DNA of 64,000 bases from Alphaproteobacteria bacterium. GTDB taxonomy: Bacteria > Pseudomonadota > Alphaproteobacteria > UBA9219. This document shows, in pieces, positions 52,197 to 60,214 of this stretch; position 1 is the first letter of the stretch, and each line of letters opens with the position of its first letter. The notes beneath the pieces were generated by a model that saw only the letters and a program-made list of their open reading frames with translations, had not been told where the DNA came from and searched no databases. The stretch spans positions 1,338 to 65,337 of the forward strand of contig JAMFSS010000010.1 of NCBI GenBank assembly GCA_026225415.1, written 5' to 3'. Both the position numbers and the translations under genes were made by a program.

Positions 52197-53584
52197 AGCT
52201 GTTCCCTCAAAATGTCAAAACTCATCGCGAAAATTTCCACGGGGTTAAGCGCACGCGTTTTTTCTGTCGGCGCATTGTCCAACCGTTCGACACCTTGGGC
52301 AATGTGTAAAGCCGCCAAAGGACATTCAGAAGCGATAAAGGCCGGTTGCTGGTTTTCGGCGGCATTCTTGATGACTTCCGCGGTTTTACGCGCCACAGGC
52401 TTGCCGACTTTCAACGCAATATCGAAATTCTCTTTCTTGATGCCCCACGAACCGCCATGCCCCGAACAACGTTCGATAAGGGTGATATCATCCGATTGCG
52501 GCAGTAACCGCAGCATTTCCGCCGCCTTGGCGCCCATATTCTGCGCGCGGGCGTGACATGCCAGATGCAACGCAACAGCACCCGCCAATGGCCGCATGCC
52601 CCCGGCCAAACCCTGTTTCTTGGCGATATCGACAATATATTCGGTTAAATCAAATGTGGATTGCGCCAGCTGCATCACCTGCGCCCGCGCCACATCATTT
52701 TCCGGCACCAAGAGCGGCCATTCCAGTTTCAGCATCAAGGCGCAACTGGGCACAAGCGCGACAACATCATAACCTTGCGCGATATATTCATCCAATTCAC
52801 CGGCAACCTTGCGGGCGTTTTCCACCACCTGCGCGATATTACCTTGTTCCAGTTGCGGCATGCCGCAACAGCCGGGATAGACAACGCGTGTGTCCACGCC
52901 ATTTTTTGCCAACACCGCGCGCGCAATCATACCCATGTCGGGATCATTATAATTCATCGTGCAGGTGGCGTACAAAACCGCTTTGCGTTTGCCATAAGCG
53001 GGCGCCATCTTATTCACTTCGATATCCGCCGCCGCGCGCGCCACAAAAGTTTTCGACGCATATTCCGGCAAGGCCGCATCGCGATGCACATCGGCCACTT
53101 TTTCCAACACGCCGCGTGTAAATTTGTTTTCTGTGCTGGTCGCCCAATTCGCAATCGGCGCCACATATTTCGCAATTTCGCCATTGCGGTCTGTCTTGGT
53201 CAATTCTGCGTCGGCAAAAGAAACTTCGCCCTTTTTCGCTTCCACCGCGCGGTACCGCAACATCAAATGCGGGAAATCGAGATTAAATTCATGCGGCGGC
53301 ACATAAGGGCATTTTGTCATGTAACACATGTCGCACAGCGTACAGGCATCAACGACCGGTTTGAATTCAGCAGATTTCACATCATGCAATTCGCCCGATG
53401 GCGTCGCATCGATCAAATCAAAAAGTTGCGGAAAGGAATCGCATAAATTAAAGCAACGGCGGCAGCCATGGCAAATATCAAACACGCGGCGCAATTCGGC
53501 ATCCAACTTAACTTCATCATAGAAGTCGGGATTTTGCCAATCAACCGCATGGCGTGTGGGGGCTTGCAAACTGCCTTCGCGCAT
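52193..53584 (-). CDS. Fe-S oxidoreductase (GlpC/HdrB-like CCG domains), rubrerythrin-associated
   Basis: CHGCRRCFNLC, CTLCDMCYMTKC, CCGMP, RCSGHGG, SECP. Confidence 0.9.
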   Translation of the reverse strand: MREGSLQAPTRHAVDWQNPDFYDEVKLDAELRRVFDICHGCRRCFNLCDSFPQLFDLIDATPSGELHDVKSAEFKPVVDACTLCDMCYMTKCPYVPPHEFNLDFPHLMLRYRAVEAKKGEVSFADAELTKTDRNGEIAKYVAPIANWATSTENKFTRGVLEKVADVHRDAALPEYASKTFVARAAADIEVNKMAPAYGKRKAVLYATCTMNYNDPDMGMIARAVLAKNGVDTRVVYPGCCGMPQLEQGNIAQVVENARKVAGELDEYIAQGYDVVALVPSCALMLKLEWPLLVPENDVARAQVMQLAQSTFDLTEYIVDIAKKQGLAGGMRPLAGAVALHLACHARAQNMGAKAAEMLRLLPQSDDITLIERCSGHGGSWGIKKENFDIALKVGKPVARKTAEVIKNAAENQQPAFIASECPLAALHIAQGVERLDNAPTEKTRALNPVEIFAMSFDILREQL

Positions 53585-53600
53585 GGGAACAGAGGGGGTT

Positions 53601-53756
53601 CGAGGAAGGGGGAGGAGGGGAGAGCAAGGTAGAGCAAGAATAGAGACAGGGAAGATAGAGAGAGAAAGAGAGAGGAAGAGAGAGGAAGATCACCCGCTCG
53701 AACTTCCTCGTACTTCCTCGCTCTTCCTCGTTCTTCCTCGCTCTTTCTTCTCGCCC
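53601..53756. repeat. Purine/pyrimidine hairpin element built from ~10-nt tandem units
   Basis: GAGAG(A/G)AAGA units on the left; four NNCTTCCTCG units at 53701-53740 on the right. Confidence 0.8.
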
Positions 53757-54185
53757 TTAAGCAGCCTTCTTCAATTCATCCAACGCCTTCTGGAAACGAC
53801 CGGCATGCGACTTTTCAGCCTTGGCCAGCGTTTCAAACCATTCGGCGATTTCTTCAAAGCCTTCTTCGCGGGCGGAACGCGCCATCGACGGATACATATC
53901 CGTATATTCGTGCGTTTCACCGGCAATCGATGCCGCCAGATTGTCGGAAGTTTTGCCAATCGGCAAACCTGTTGCAGGGTCGCCGGATTCTTCCAGATAT
54001 TCCAAATGGCCATGCGCGTGACCCGTTTCGCCTTCGGCGGTCGAACGGAAAACGGCGGCGGTGTCATTAAACCCTTCGACATCGGCCTTTTGGGCGAAAT
54101 ACAAATAACGGCGGTTGGCCTGACTTTCGCCCGCGAACGCTTCCTTCAGGTTATTTTCGGTTTTGGTGCCTTTGAGTGTGGCCAT
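53757..54185 (-). CDS. Rubrerythrin (short form, no rubredoxin domain)
   Basis: [35 protein letters not shown]. Confidence 0.95.
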   Translation of the reverse strand: MATLKGTKTENNLKEAFAGESQANRRYLYFAQKADVEGFNDTAAVFRSTAEGETGHAHGHLEYLEESGDPATGLPIGKTSDNLAASIAGETHEYTDMYPSMARSAREEGFEEIAEWFETLAKAEKSHAGRFQKALDELKKAA

Positions 54186-54227
54186 AGCTCTCTCCTGTCC
54201 TGTGACTATCACGAACGTGATAGGGGT

Positions 54228-54248
54228 AGTTTAGAATAATTCTAAACT
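54228..54248. promoter_or_regulatory. Iron control element (ICE, Irr box) upstream of rubrerythrin
   Basis: AG-TTTAGAA-TAA-TTCTAAA-CT, an exact match to TTTAGAA-N3-TTCTAAA. Confidence 0.9.
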
Positions 54249-54275
54249 AAGTCAAGGGGAAACAAAAAGAGGGAT

Positions 54276-54710
54276 TCAAGCGTTGCTTTGCACGCGCAAG
54301 ACGATATCGACACGCGCCAGCTTCTTGCCCTGCGGCAATTTCGGCAAATGCGACACGCGGATGGATGCGGCGGGGATATCGGTCAATAAACCGGTATCTT
54401 CGTCAAACACATGATGATGCGAGCCGATATTGGTGTCAAAAAACGCCTGACCGCCATCGACCACCACCTGCCGCAACAAACCGGCACCACGAAAATGGTT
54501 CAAGCTGTTGTAAACAGTGGCCAGCGACACTTTTGCCTTCATCCGGGTCAATGAAGCATGAACCTGTTCCGCCGTCACATGCTTGTCGCACCCGTCGAAC
54601 AACAAACCGGCCAAAGCCAAACGTTGTTTGGTCGGGCGCAAACCCGCGCCTTGCAAAAGCGTTTGCAAATTCCCATACTTGCCTGAAGCGGATTTGTTTT
54701 TAGAATTCAT
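54276..54710 (-). CDS. irr: Fur-family iron response regulator Irr
   Basis: GLRPTKQRLAL, HVTAE, SLATVYNSL, FFDTN..HHH, VDIVLRV; adjacent ICE. Confidence 0.9.
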   Translation of the reverse strand: MNSKNKSASGKYGNLQTLLQGAGLRPTKQRLALAGLLFDGCDKHVTAEQVHASLTRMKAKVSLATVYNSLNHFRGAGLLRQVVVDGGQAFFDTNIGSHHHVFDEDTGLLTDIPAASIRVSHLPKLPQGKKLARVDIVLRVQSNA

Positions 54711-54715
54711 CTAAA
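54699..54715. promoter_or_regulatory. ICE-like site overlapping the irr start codon
   Basis: TTTAGAA-TTC-ATCTAAA (one mismatch). Confidence 0.6.
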
Positions 54716-54745
54716 TACTATGACGCAAAGGCAAGGATCAGGCAA

Positions 54746-55564
54746 GTGGGAACTCTCTCCGCCTCATGGGGCAAAATAATCGGCGGGACGCTCGGCCTTT
54801 TTGTCGGAGGCCCCTTTGGTGCGGCGGTCGGGCTTGCGGTCGGCCATGTCCATGACAGCAACCAAAAAGCGCTGGGGTCTTCCGGCGGCGCGGGCGGCTG
54901 GTCTGGCCTATGGGGTGATTACGGCAGTTTTGCGGGCAACATCGAACAAGCCGCCTTTACCATGGGCGTCGTCGTCCTCAGCGCGAAAATGGCCAAGGCC
55001 GATGGCCGCGTAACCCGCGCGGAAATCGAAGCCTTCAAACGCGTGTTTAACATCGCCCCGTCACAGGAAGCCGCGATTGGCCTGCTGTTCAACCGCGCGC
55101 GCCTCAGCGCCGACGGGTTTGAACCCTATGCGTTTCAACTGGCGCATGTCTATCGGCGCAATCCTGCCGTGTTGGAAGAAATACTCAGCGGCCTGTTTAT
55201 CATCGGCGCGGCGGATAATGGCGGGCTGACACCTGCCGAAATCACTTTCCTGAAACGCGTCACTTATATCTTTGGTTTCACGACGCAGGATTTTGCGCGC
55301 ATCGCAGCACGATCAGGCGTGGGCATTCCCGACACGGAAAAACCGCACGACCCGATTGCGGAATCCTATGCCATTCTGGGCGTTACCGAGGTGACGCCTG
55401 CGGATGAAATCAAAGCCGCCTATCGCGCCCTGATCCGCGAACATCATCCCGATAAATTAATGGCGCAAGGCGTGCCACCCGAATTTATCGCAACCGCGAC
55501 CGAGAAAATGAAACGCATCAATGTCGCCTATGATACGGTATGCAAAATCAGGGATATTAAATGA
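54746..55564 (+). CDS. DjlA-family co-chaperone (TerB-like + J domain)
   Basis: WGKIIGG..GGPFGA; LSAKMAKADGRV; HHPDKL J-domain motif. Confidence 0.9.
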   Translation: MGTLSASWGKIIGGTLGLFVGGPFGAAVGLAVGHVHDSNQKALGSSGGAGGWSGLWGDYGSFAGNIEQAAFTMGVVVLSAKMAKADGRVTRAEIEAFKRVFNIAPSQEAAIGLLFNRARLSADGFEPYAFQLAHVYRRNPAVLEEILSGLFIIGAADNGGLTPAEITFLKRVTYIFGFTTQDFARIAARSGVGIPDTEKPHDPIAESYAILGVTEVTPADEIKAAYRALIREHHPDKLMAQGVPPEFIATATEKMKRINVAYDTVCKIRDIK

Positions 55565-56241
55565 AGCAGTCTCCCTCCCCCAATTTTAACGCCCGCGCCG
55601 CGACGGTGGCGTTGAACGCCGTCGTCATCCATTACACCGGCATGAAAACGGCGCAAGAAGCGCTGGCGCGGATGTGCGACGCGGAATCGAAAGTAAGCGC
55701 GCATTATATGATCGACGAGGATGGCGCCATTACGCAAATGGTCGATGAGAAAAACCGCGCCTGGCATGCGGGTGCCAGTTTCTGGCGCGGCGTCACCGAT
55801 ATGAACAGCGCGTCGATGGGTATCGAGCTGGTCAATCCCGGCCATGAATTCGGCTATCGTCTTTTTCCCACCGCGCAGATAATGGCTTTGTGCGATTTGC
55901 TACACGGCATCATCCAACGTCATTCTTTAAACGCCAAAACTTGTTTATTGGCACACAGCGATATCGCGCCCAGCCGTAAACAAGATCCGGGCGAGTTATT
56001 CCCATGGGCGTATCTGGCGCAGCAAGGGTTGGGCGCATGGCCGGAACCGGCGGAGCAGGATTACGAAACGCCGCGTCAGACCGAAGCCACCGCGTTGTTA
56101 TCGCAAATCGGTTATGATATCACGGCACCCGATGACGCGCTGACGGCCTTCCAACGCCGCTTCCATCCGGAAAATATCACCGGCGTCGCCAACCTTGAAA
56201 CCATCGCCCGCCTGCGTGCCTATAAAAAATCTGTGGGTTAG
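55561..56241 (+). CDS. N-acetylmuramoyl-L-alanine amidase (Amidase_2)
   Basis: SPNFNAR, IHYTGM, VSAHY, RAWHAG, GIELVN, HSDIAPSRKQDPGE. Confidence 0.95.
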   Translation: MKQSPSPNFNARAATVALNAVVIHYTGMKTAQEALARMCDAESKVSAHYMIDEDGAITQMVDEKNRAWHAGASFWRGVTDMNSASMGIELVNPGHEFGYRLFPTAQIMALCDLLHGIIQRHSLNAKTCLLAHSDIAPSRKQDPGELFPWAYLAQQGLGAWPEPAEQDYETPRQTEATALLSQIGYDITAPDDALTAFQRRFHPENITGVANLETIARLRAYKKSVG

Positions 56242-56247
56242 AAAGAA

Positions 56248-56333
56248 CTCCCTCCCCCCTTGTGGGGGAGGTTGTAAAAACTAAGGGTTTGCGCTCTTAA
56301 GGCGCAAGCCCTTAGTTTTTACTGGTGGGGGTG
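56248..56333. repeat. REP/RIME-like palindromic element with long internal hairpin
   Basis: CCTCCCCC-CTTGT-GGGGGAGG, then GTAAAAACTAAGGGTTTGCGC/GCGCAAGCCCTTAGTTTTTAC, then GGTGGGGG. Confidence 0.75.
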
Positions 56334-56424
56334 TTCTTGATATTTTAAATCCCGAAAACAATAAATCCCACAAACATGTGATTTTTCCCTTGACAGCCCA
56401 CCCCGCCCCGCGCTACACCCATAC

Positions 56425-56582
56425 CGTCTGCTCACAACAGACGTCTTGTGTCCCCGCCGAAGCTTGCAAAAGCGCTTTTGCAAGAGCCATCGACCGGCGG
56501 CAGACAAGGCAGGGAGCATGCACCGTCCCCCGCATCATTTGATGCGAAGGGATTTTCGGAGGAACCGGTTCTTCTTTTTTAT
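56425..56582 (+). ncRNA. Candidate structured non-coding RNA
   Basis: Promoter TTGACA(56390)..GCTACAC; several nested hairpins; ends GAGGAACCGGTTCTTC-TTTTT; no convincing ORF. Confidence 0.35.
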
Positions 56583-56651
56583 AAAGGCTTGGATAAATGA
56601 AATGATGGAATAAACGGTATAGTGGAGGCATTCGCAACAATCCTGCTGGTA

Positions 56652-56686
56652 TTCCCTCCCCCTTGTGGGGAGGGTTAGGGAGGGGG
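56652..56686 (+). repeat. REP-like element (CCCTCCCC..GGGGAGGGTTAGGGAGGGG type)
   Basis: CCCTCCCC-CTTGT-GGGGAGGG-TTAGGGAGGGG. Confidence 0.75.
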
Positions 56687-56733
56687 TTCGCCGAAGGCGA
56701 AACAAACTTTGTGAATTGTGCCTGTCGTAAAGA

Positions 56734-57420
56734 TTACCGACCAAACCATAAACGCCACCGCGCCTTTGTTTCACCGCGCCCATACATCGCCGCATGAACC
56801 GCCGCGCTTGATGCCAGCATGGTCGCGGCCGCATAAATAACATCGCTGAAAAAATGGGCGCCCATAATGATGCGCGCCAAACCGAACGCGCAACCCGCAA
56901 TCATACCGCCCCAAAACACGCGGCGCGAACGCGGGCGCGGCGCGATATAGGCGAGGGTAGGCAGAAAAAACCCGAATGCACCGTCGCCCGAAACAAATGA
57001 CCCGTTGCTGTGGCCGCGTTCGAAATGCGGTTCTAATACCGGCGTAAATTTTGCCGTACCGCCGAATTCGGTCACTTCGCGTGGGCGGGCGCGGCCCCAA
57101 TGGTCTTTTAATCCGACATTGGCGATCAATACGGGGCCAATCAATAACGCCACTAACAAAAACAATCCTGCTTTGCCGTCAATGCCGCCGAACGGTTTGC
57201 GGCGGATATATCCCGCGACAGCCGCCAACGCGAACACAACACCCAACACACGCGCCCCGTCATAGGCCAACCAATGCAAAGTGACGCACAACACATTATC
57301 GGCCAGAAAAAATCCACCTTCATTGGCGCGGTAAAACAAACCGGACGCGATCACATCAATGCGCGGATTGATAACCGGCCAAACCAGCAATGCGGCGAAC
57401 AGAATAAAGAAAACGAACAT
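56734..57420 (-). CDS. Membrane PAP2 phosphatase (LpxF-like lipid phosphatase)
   Basis: KDHWGRARP, SFVSGD (usual SGH reads SGD), ARIIMGAHFFSDV; multiple TMs. Confidence 0.85.
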   Translation of the reverse strand: MFVFFILFAALLVWPVINPRIDVIASGLFYRANEGGFFLADNVLCVTLHWLAYDGARVLGVVFALAAVAGYIRRKPFGGIDGKAGLFLLVALLIGPVLIANVGLKDHWGRARPREVTEFGGTAKFTPVLEPHFERGHSNGSFVSGDGAFGFFLPTLAYIAPRPRSRRVFWGGMIAGCAFGLARIIMGAHFFSDVIYAAATMLASSAAVHAAMYGRGETKARWRLWFGR

Positions 57421-57444
57421 GATATTAAAACTCCGACTGCGTTA

Positions 57445-57478
57445 CCCCTCACCCAAACCCTTTCCCAAAGGGAGAGGG
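57445..57478 (-). repeat. REP-like element, same family as 56652-56686, opposite orientation
   Basis: Minus strand CCCTCTCCCTTTGGGAAAGGGTTTGGGTGAGGGG. Confidence 0.75.
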
Positions 57479-57655
57479 AACCCGCGCCCCGTCATTGGCC
57501 ATCCAATGCAAAGTGGCGAACAGCACATTATCCGCAAGAAAAAACCCGTCACCGGCGCGGTAAAACCAACCCGAAACAACAAAATCGACGCGTGGCCAAA
57601 AGACAGGCGCGGCCAGCAAGACTAAGCTGAGGATCGCAACCAGTATCACCAACAT
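57449..57655 (-). pseudogene. Truncated N-terminal paralog of the adjacent PAP2 gene
   Basis: PRVDFVVSGWFYRAGDGFFLADNVLFATLHWMANDGARV vs PRIDVIASGLFYRANEGGFFLADNVLCVTLHWLAYDGARV; similarity stops exactly at the REP element. Confidence 0.75.
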
Positions 57656-57820
57656 GCCGCCCGCTGTCCTTCTCTTAAAAATTCCTGCGCGGAACCCTAG
57701 ACAATAAACGTCTTTATATCCACAAGATTTGGGTTTGCGGGACGCGCGCGACGCGCACTATCAATTGACTTGAACCGCCTCATTGTCCACAGTATTGCTC
57801 CGTAGCGAATCCCTCACGCC

Positions 57821-60214
57821 ATGCCACAAAAGCCTCACAATAATCGCTTCCTGAAAGCAGCCTTCCTCGCACTGGCGACAGCCTGCCTGCCCTTTCAGTC
57901 TATGGCGCAAATCGACAGCGAAAAACTGATCGGCTCAACCTGCGCCACGGCGGGGCAAAACGCCGCCGACTGGGATACATTCGCCGAATGCCCCAGCAAT
58001 GGCGGCACATGGACACGCGGCCCTATTTTTGTCGGCACAACATCCGATAGCTGCGACACCAATCATGGCGGCATGCTTTATTGGACGGGTACGGCTATGC
58101 AATATTGCAATGGCACAGCCTGGGGCACGTTCGGCATCAGCGCTTCCCCCAGCGTCTTCTCCAGCCTGACCGGCGCGACGGCGACCCACAGTTTCGATAA
58201 TGTCGCCTATGCGCAAGTGTGGGGCTGGAGCACGAATTTCACCACGCAAAACGCCTTCACTTTGTCGTCCACAAGTGAAACCACCGGCTCGCTCCTTACC
58301 ATAACCGCCGCCAACACGGCCGCGACGGGCCCGGTCGTGAATGTCAGCACCACCAGCACCGGCGGGGCGGTCGCCGTCAAAGCCGCCGCGACCGGAACCA
58401 ACAACACGGCGGCAGCCGGTTATTTCACGAATAACAACGCCACGGGCTATGGCGTTTTTTCATCAGGCGTATCGCCCAGTTATTTCGGCGGGAATATCAA
58501 CCTCGCCCCGGCGGCCTTTTATGACGTGGGAGGCAATAAATTCCTTAGCCTTGTCGGCGGCGACAGCTCCACGATTAGCATTGGCGCGGGTGCGGCGGGT
58601 TTGGTCAATACCGGCACAGGCGTCACCGCCATTGGCGGCAGTGCTTTGTTTGTTAATGGAGCCAATAACAATACCGGACTGGGCTTTGAGGCGGCGCCGA
58701 CTAATACCACGGGAACCCCCCTCACCGCGGCGGGCGAGGCGGCTCTTAACAGTACAACGGCCGGCCCCAATGACGGGCTTGGTTATAATGCTGGCTATAA
58801 CATCTCTACCGGCACCGGCAATGTCGCTTTCGGCAATGGCACCATAGCCACGGGCTCGGCGCAGGTGACGGGCAATAATAACTCGGCCATCGGCTATCTG
58901 GCGGGGGCGGTTCTTGCCGGCGCGGCAGCCAGCAACACGGCGATAGGCTATGAAGCACTCAAGGCAACCACGACGGGCAGCCAAAGCACCGCCGCGGGGT
59001 CCAACGCCCTGTTGGCTGCGACCGGCGCGAATGACGCCTTCGGCTATAATGCGGGCAAGGGCATTACCACCGGCACCAGCAATGTCGCGCTGGGCGAAAT
59101 CGCAATGGTCGGCGCATTGACCGGGGCCTATAACACGGCAGTCGGCTATGACGCGTTAAGCCCCACTGCCAGCACAGCCACCTCCAACACAGCCGTGGGG
59201 GCACAGGCGGGGTTCAAGATTTCTTCGGGCAGCTACAATACGGCTTTCGGGGAAAACACCCTTGCGGGCGAAACCACGGGAACCAGCAACACGGCTTTCG
59301 GCCAAAATACGCTTAGCGCCTCAACCGGAACATCGAATGAAAGTTTCGGCACCAACACCCTTTCCTCCGCAGTCACCAGCACTAATAATCTTGCTTTCGG
59401 CAATGCGACTCTTAACACGTTCGCGGCGGCAGGGGCCAATACCCATGTCGCCGTCGGCGCGGGCGCGCTTAACGCGGTGACGAGCGGATCAGGCCATACC
59501 GCCATCGGTTATCAGGCCGGTTCGGCAGGCTCAACCCCATTGACCGGCGGCGCGGCCTGCACCTTCATCGGCTTTCAGACGCAAACAAACGCCGCCTCTT
59601 ATACCAATGCCACCGCCATCGGCGCCGGGGCCATTCTGACGGCCTCGAATGCGATCGTGCTGGGCAATTCGTCGATTTCGGCCATTTACGCCAAGGTCAC
59701 TTCCATCACCGGCATTTCCGACCGGCGCCGGAAAAAAGATATTGCAGATTTGCCTGCCGATCTCGGCCTTGAATTTATCGGTAAATTAAAACCGGTTTCC
59801 TATCATTTCAATAATGGCGACGAAACCCAGCGTTACGGTTTTATCGCGCAGGATATGGAACAGGCCCTGCCGCCGCCGTTGCAAAATATTGTCGAAACCG
59901 CGCAACCGGAAAAGGGTTTGGCGTTGTTGTCGCGCGACACGACCAAAGACCGTTTTTATCACGTCGCCTATGGCGAATTGACCGCGCCCATCGTCAAAGC
60001 CATTCAGGAACAGCAAAGCCAGATTAAAAATGACCGCGCCTATATGGCGCAAGTGAATACGCAAAACCCATCGCGCCAGTTACAGTATCTCGGCGACAGC
60101 CTGGACAATACCGGCACCATCCAATCCGCCCTTCTCGCAGGCGGCGCTTTCGCCAGCCTGTGTCTGGCCTTCTTTCTGACGCGACGCAAGAAACAGGGGC
60201 CGCCGCATGAATAA
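57821..60214 (+). CDS. Secreted fibre/adhesin-like protein with Peptidase_S74 chaperone and C-terminal TM anchor (copy 1)
   Basis: Signal peptide; Cys-paired N-module; NTAxGxxAL repeats; ISDRRRKKDI..LKPVSY..GFIAQD..VAYGEL..VKAIQEQ; LLAGGAFASLCLAFFL-TRRKK. Confidence 0.85.
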   Translation: MPQKPHNNRFLKAAFLALATACLPFQSMAQIDSEKLIGSTCATAGQNAADWDTFAECPSNGGTWTRGPIFVGTTSDSCDTNHGGMLYWTGTAMQYCNGTAWGTFGISASPSVFSSLTGATATHSFDNVAYAQVWGWSTNFTTQNAFTLSSTSETTGSLLTITAANTAATGPVVNVSTTSTGGAVAVKAAATGTNNTAAAGYFTNNNATGYGVFSSGVSPSYFGGNINLAPAAFYDVGGNKFLSLVGGDSSTISIGAGAAGLVNTGTGVTAIGGSALFVNGANNNTGLGFEAAPTNTTGTPLTAAGEAALNSTTAGPNDGLGYNAGYNISTGTGNVAFGNGTIATGSAQVTGNNNSAIGYLAGAVLAGAAASNTAIGYEALKATTTGSQSTAAGSNALLAATGANDAFGYNAGKGITTGTSNVALGEIAMVGALTGAYNTAVGYDALSPTASTATSNTAVGAQAGFKISSGSYNTAFGENTLAGETTGTSNTAFGQNTLSASTGTSNESFGTNTLSSAVTSTNNLAFGNATLNTFAAAGANTHVAVGAGALNAVTSGSGHTAIGYQAGSAGSTPLTGGAACTFIGFQTQTNAASYTNATAIGAGAILTASNAIVLGNSSISAIYAKVTSITGISDRRRKKDIADLPADLGLEFIGKLKPVSYHFNNGDETQRYGFIAQDMEQALPPPLQNIVETAQPEKGLALLSRDTTKDRFYHVAYGELTAPIVKAIQEQQSQIKNDRAYMAQVNTQNPSRQLQYLGDSLDNTGTIQSALLAGGAFASLCLAFFLTRRKKQGPPHE

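Noticed and set aside
53601-53756. CRISPR array
   Set aside because: Units are ~10-nt low-complexity tandem repeats without spacers; no cas genes in the window
56242-56733. RNase P RNA (rnpB), often near the amidase gene in alphaproteobacteria
   Set aside because: The conserved GAGGAAAGTCC and terminal P4 motifs are not present on either strand
57715-57792. DnaA-box-like ATATCCACA and TTGTCCACA suggesting an origin
   Set aside because: Only two one-mismatch boxes, with no AT-rich unwinding region or origin-linked genes
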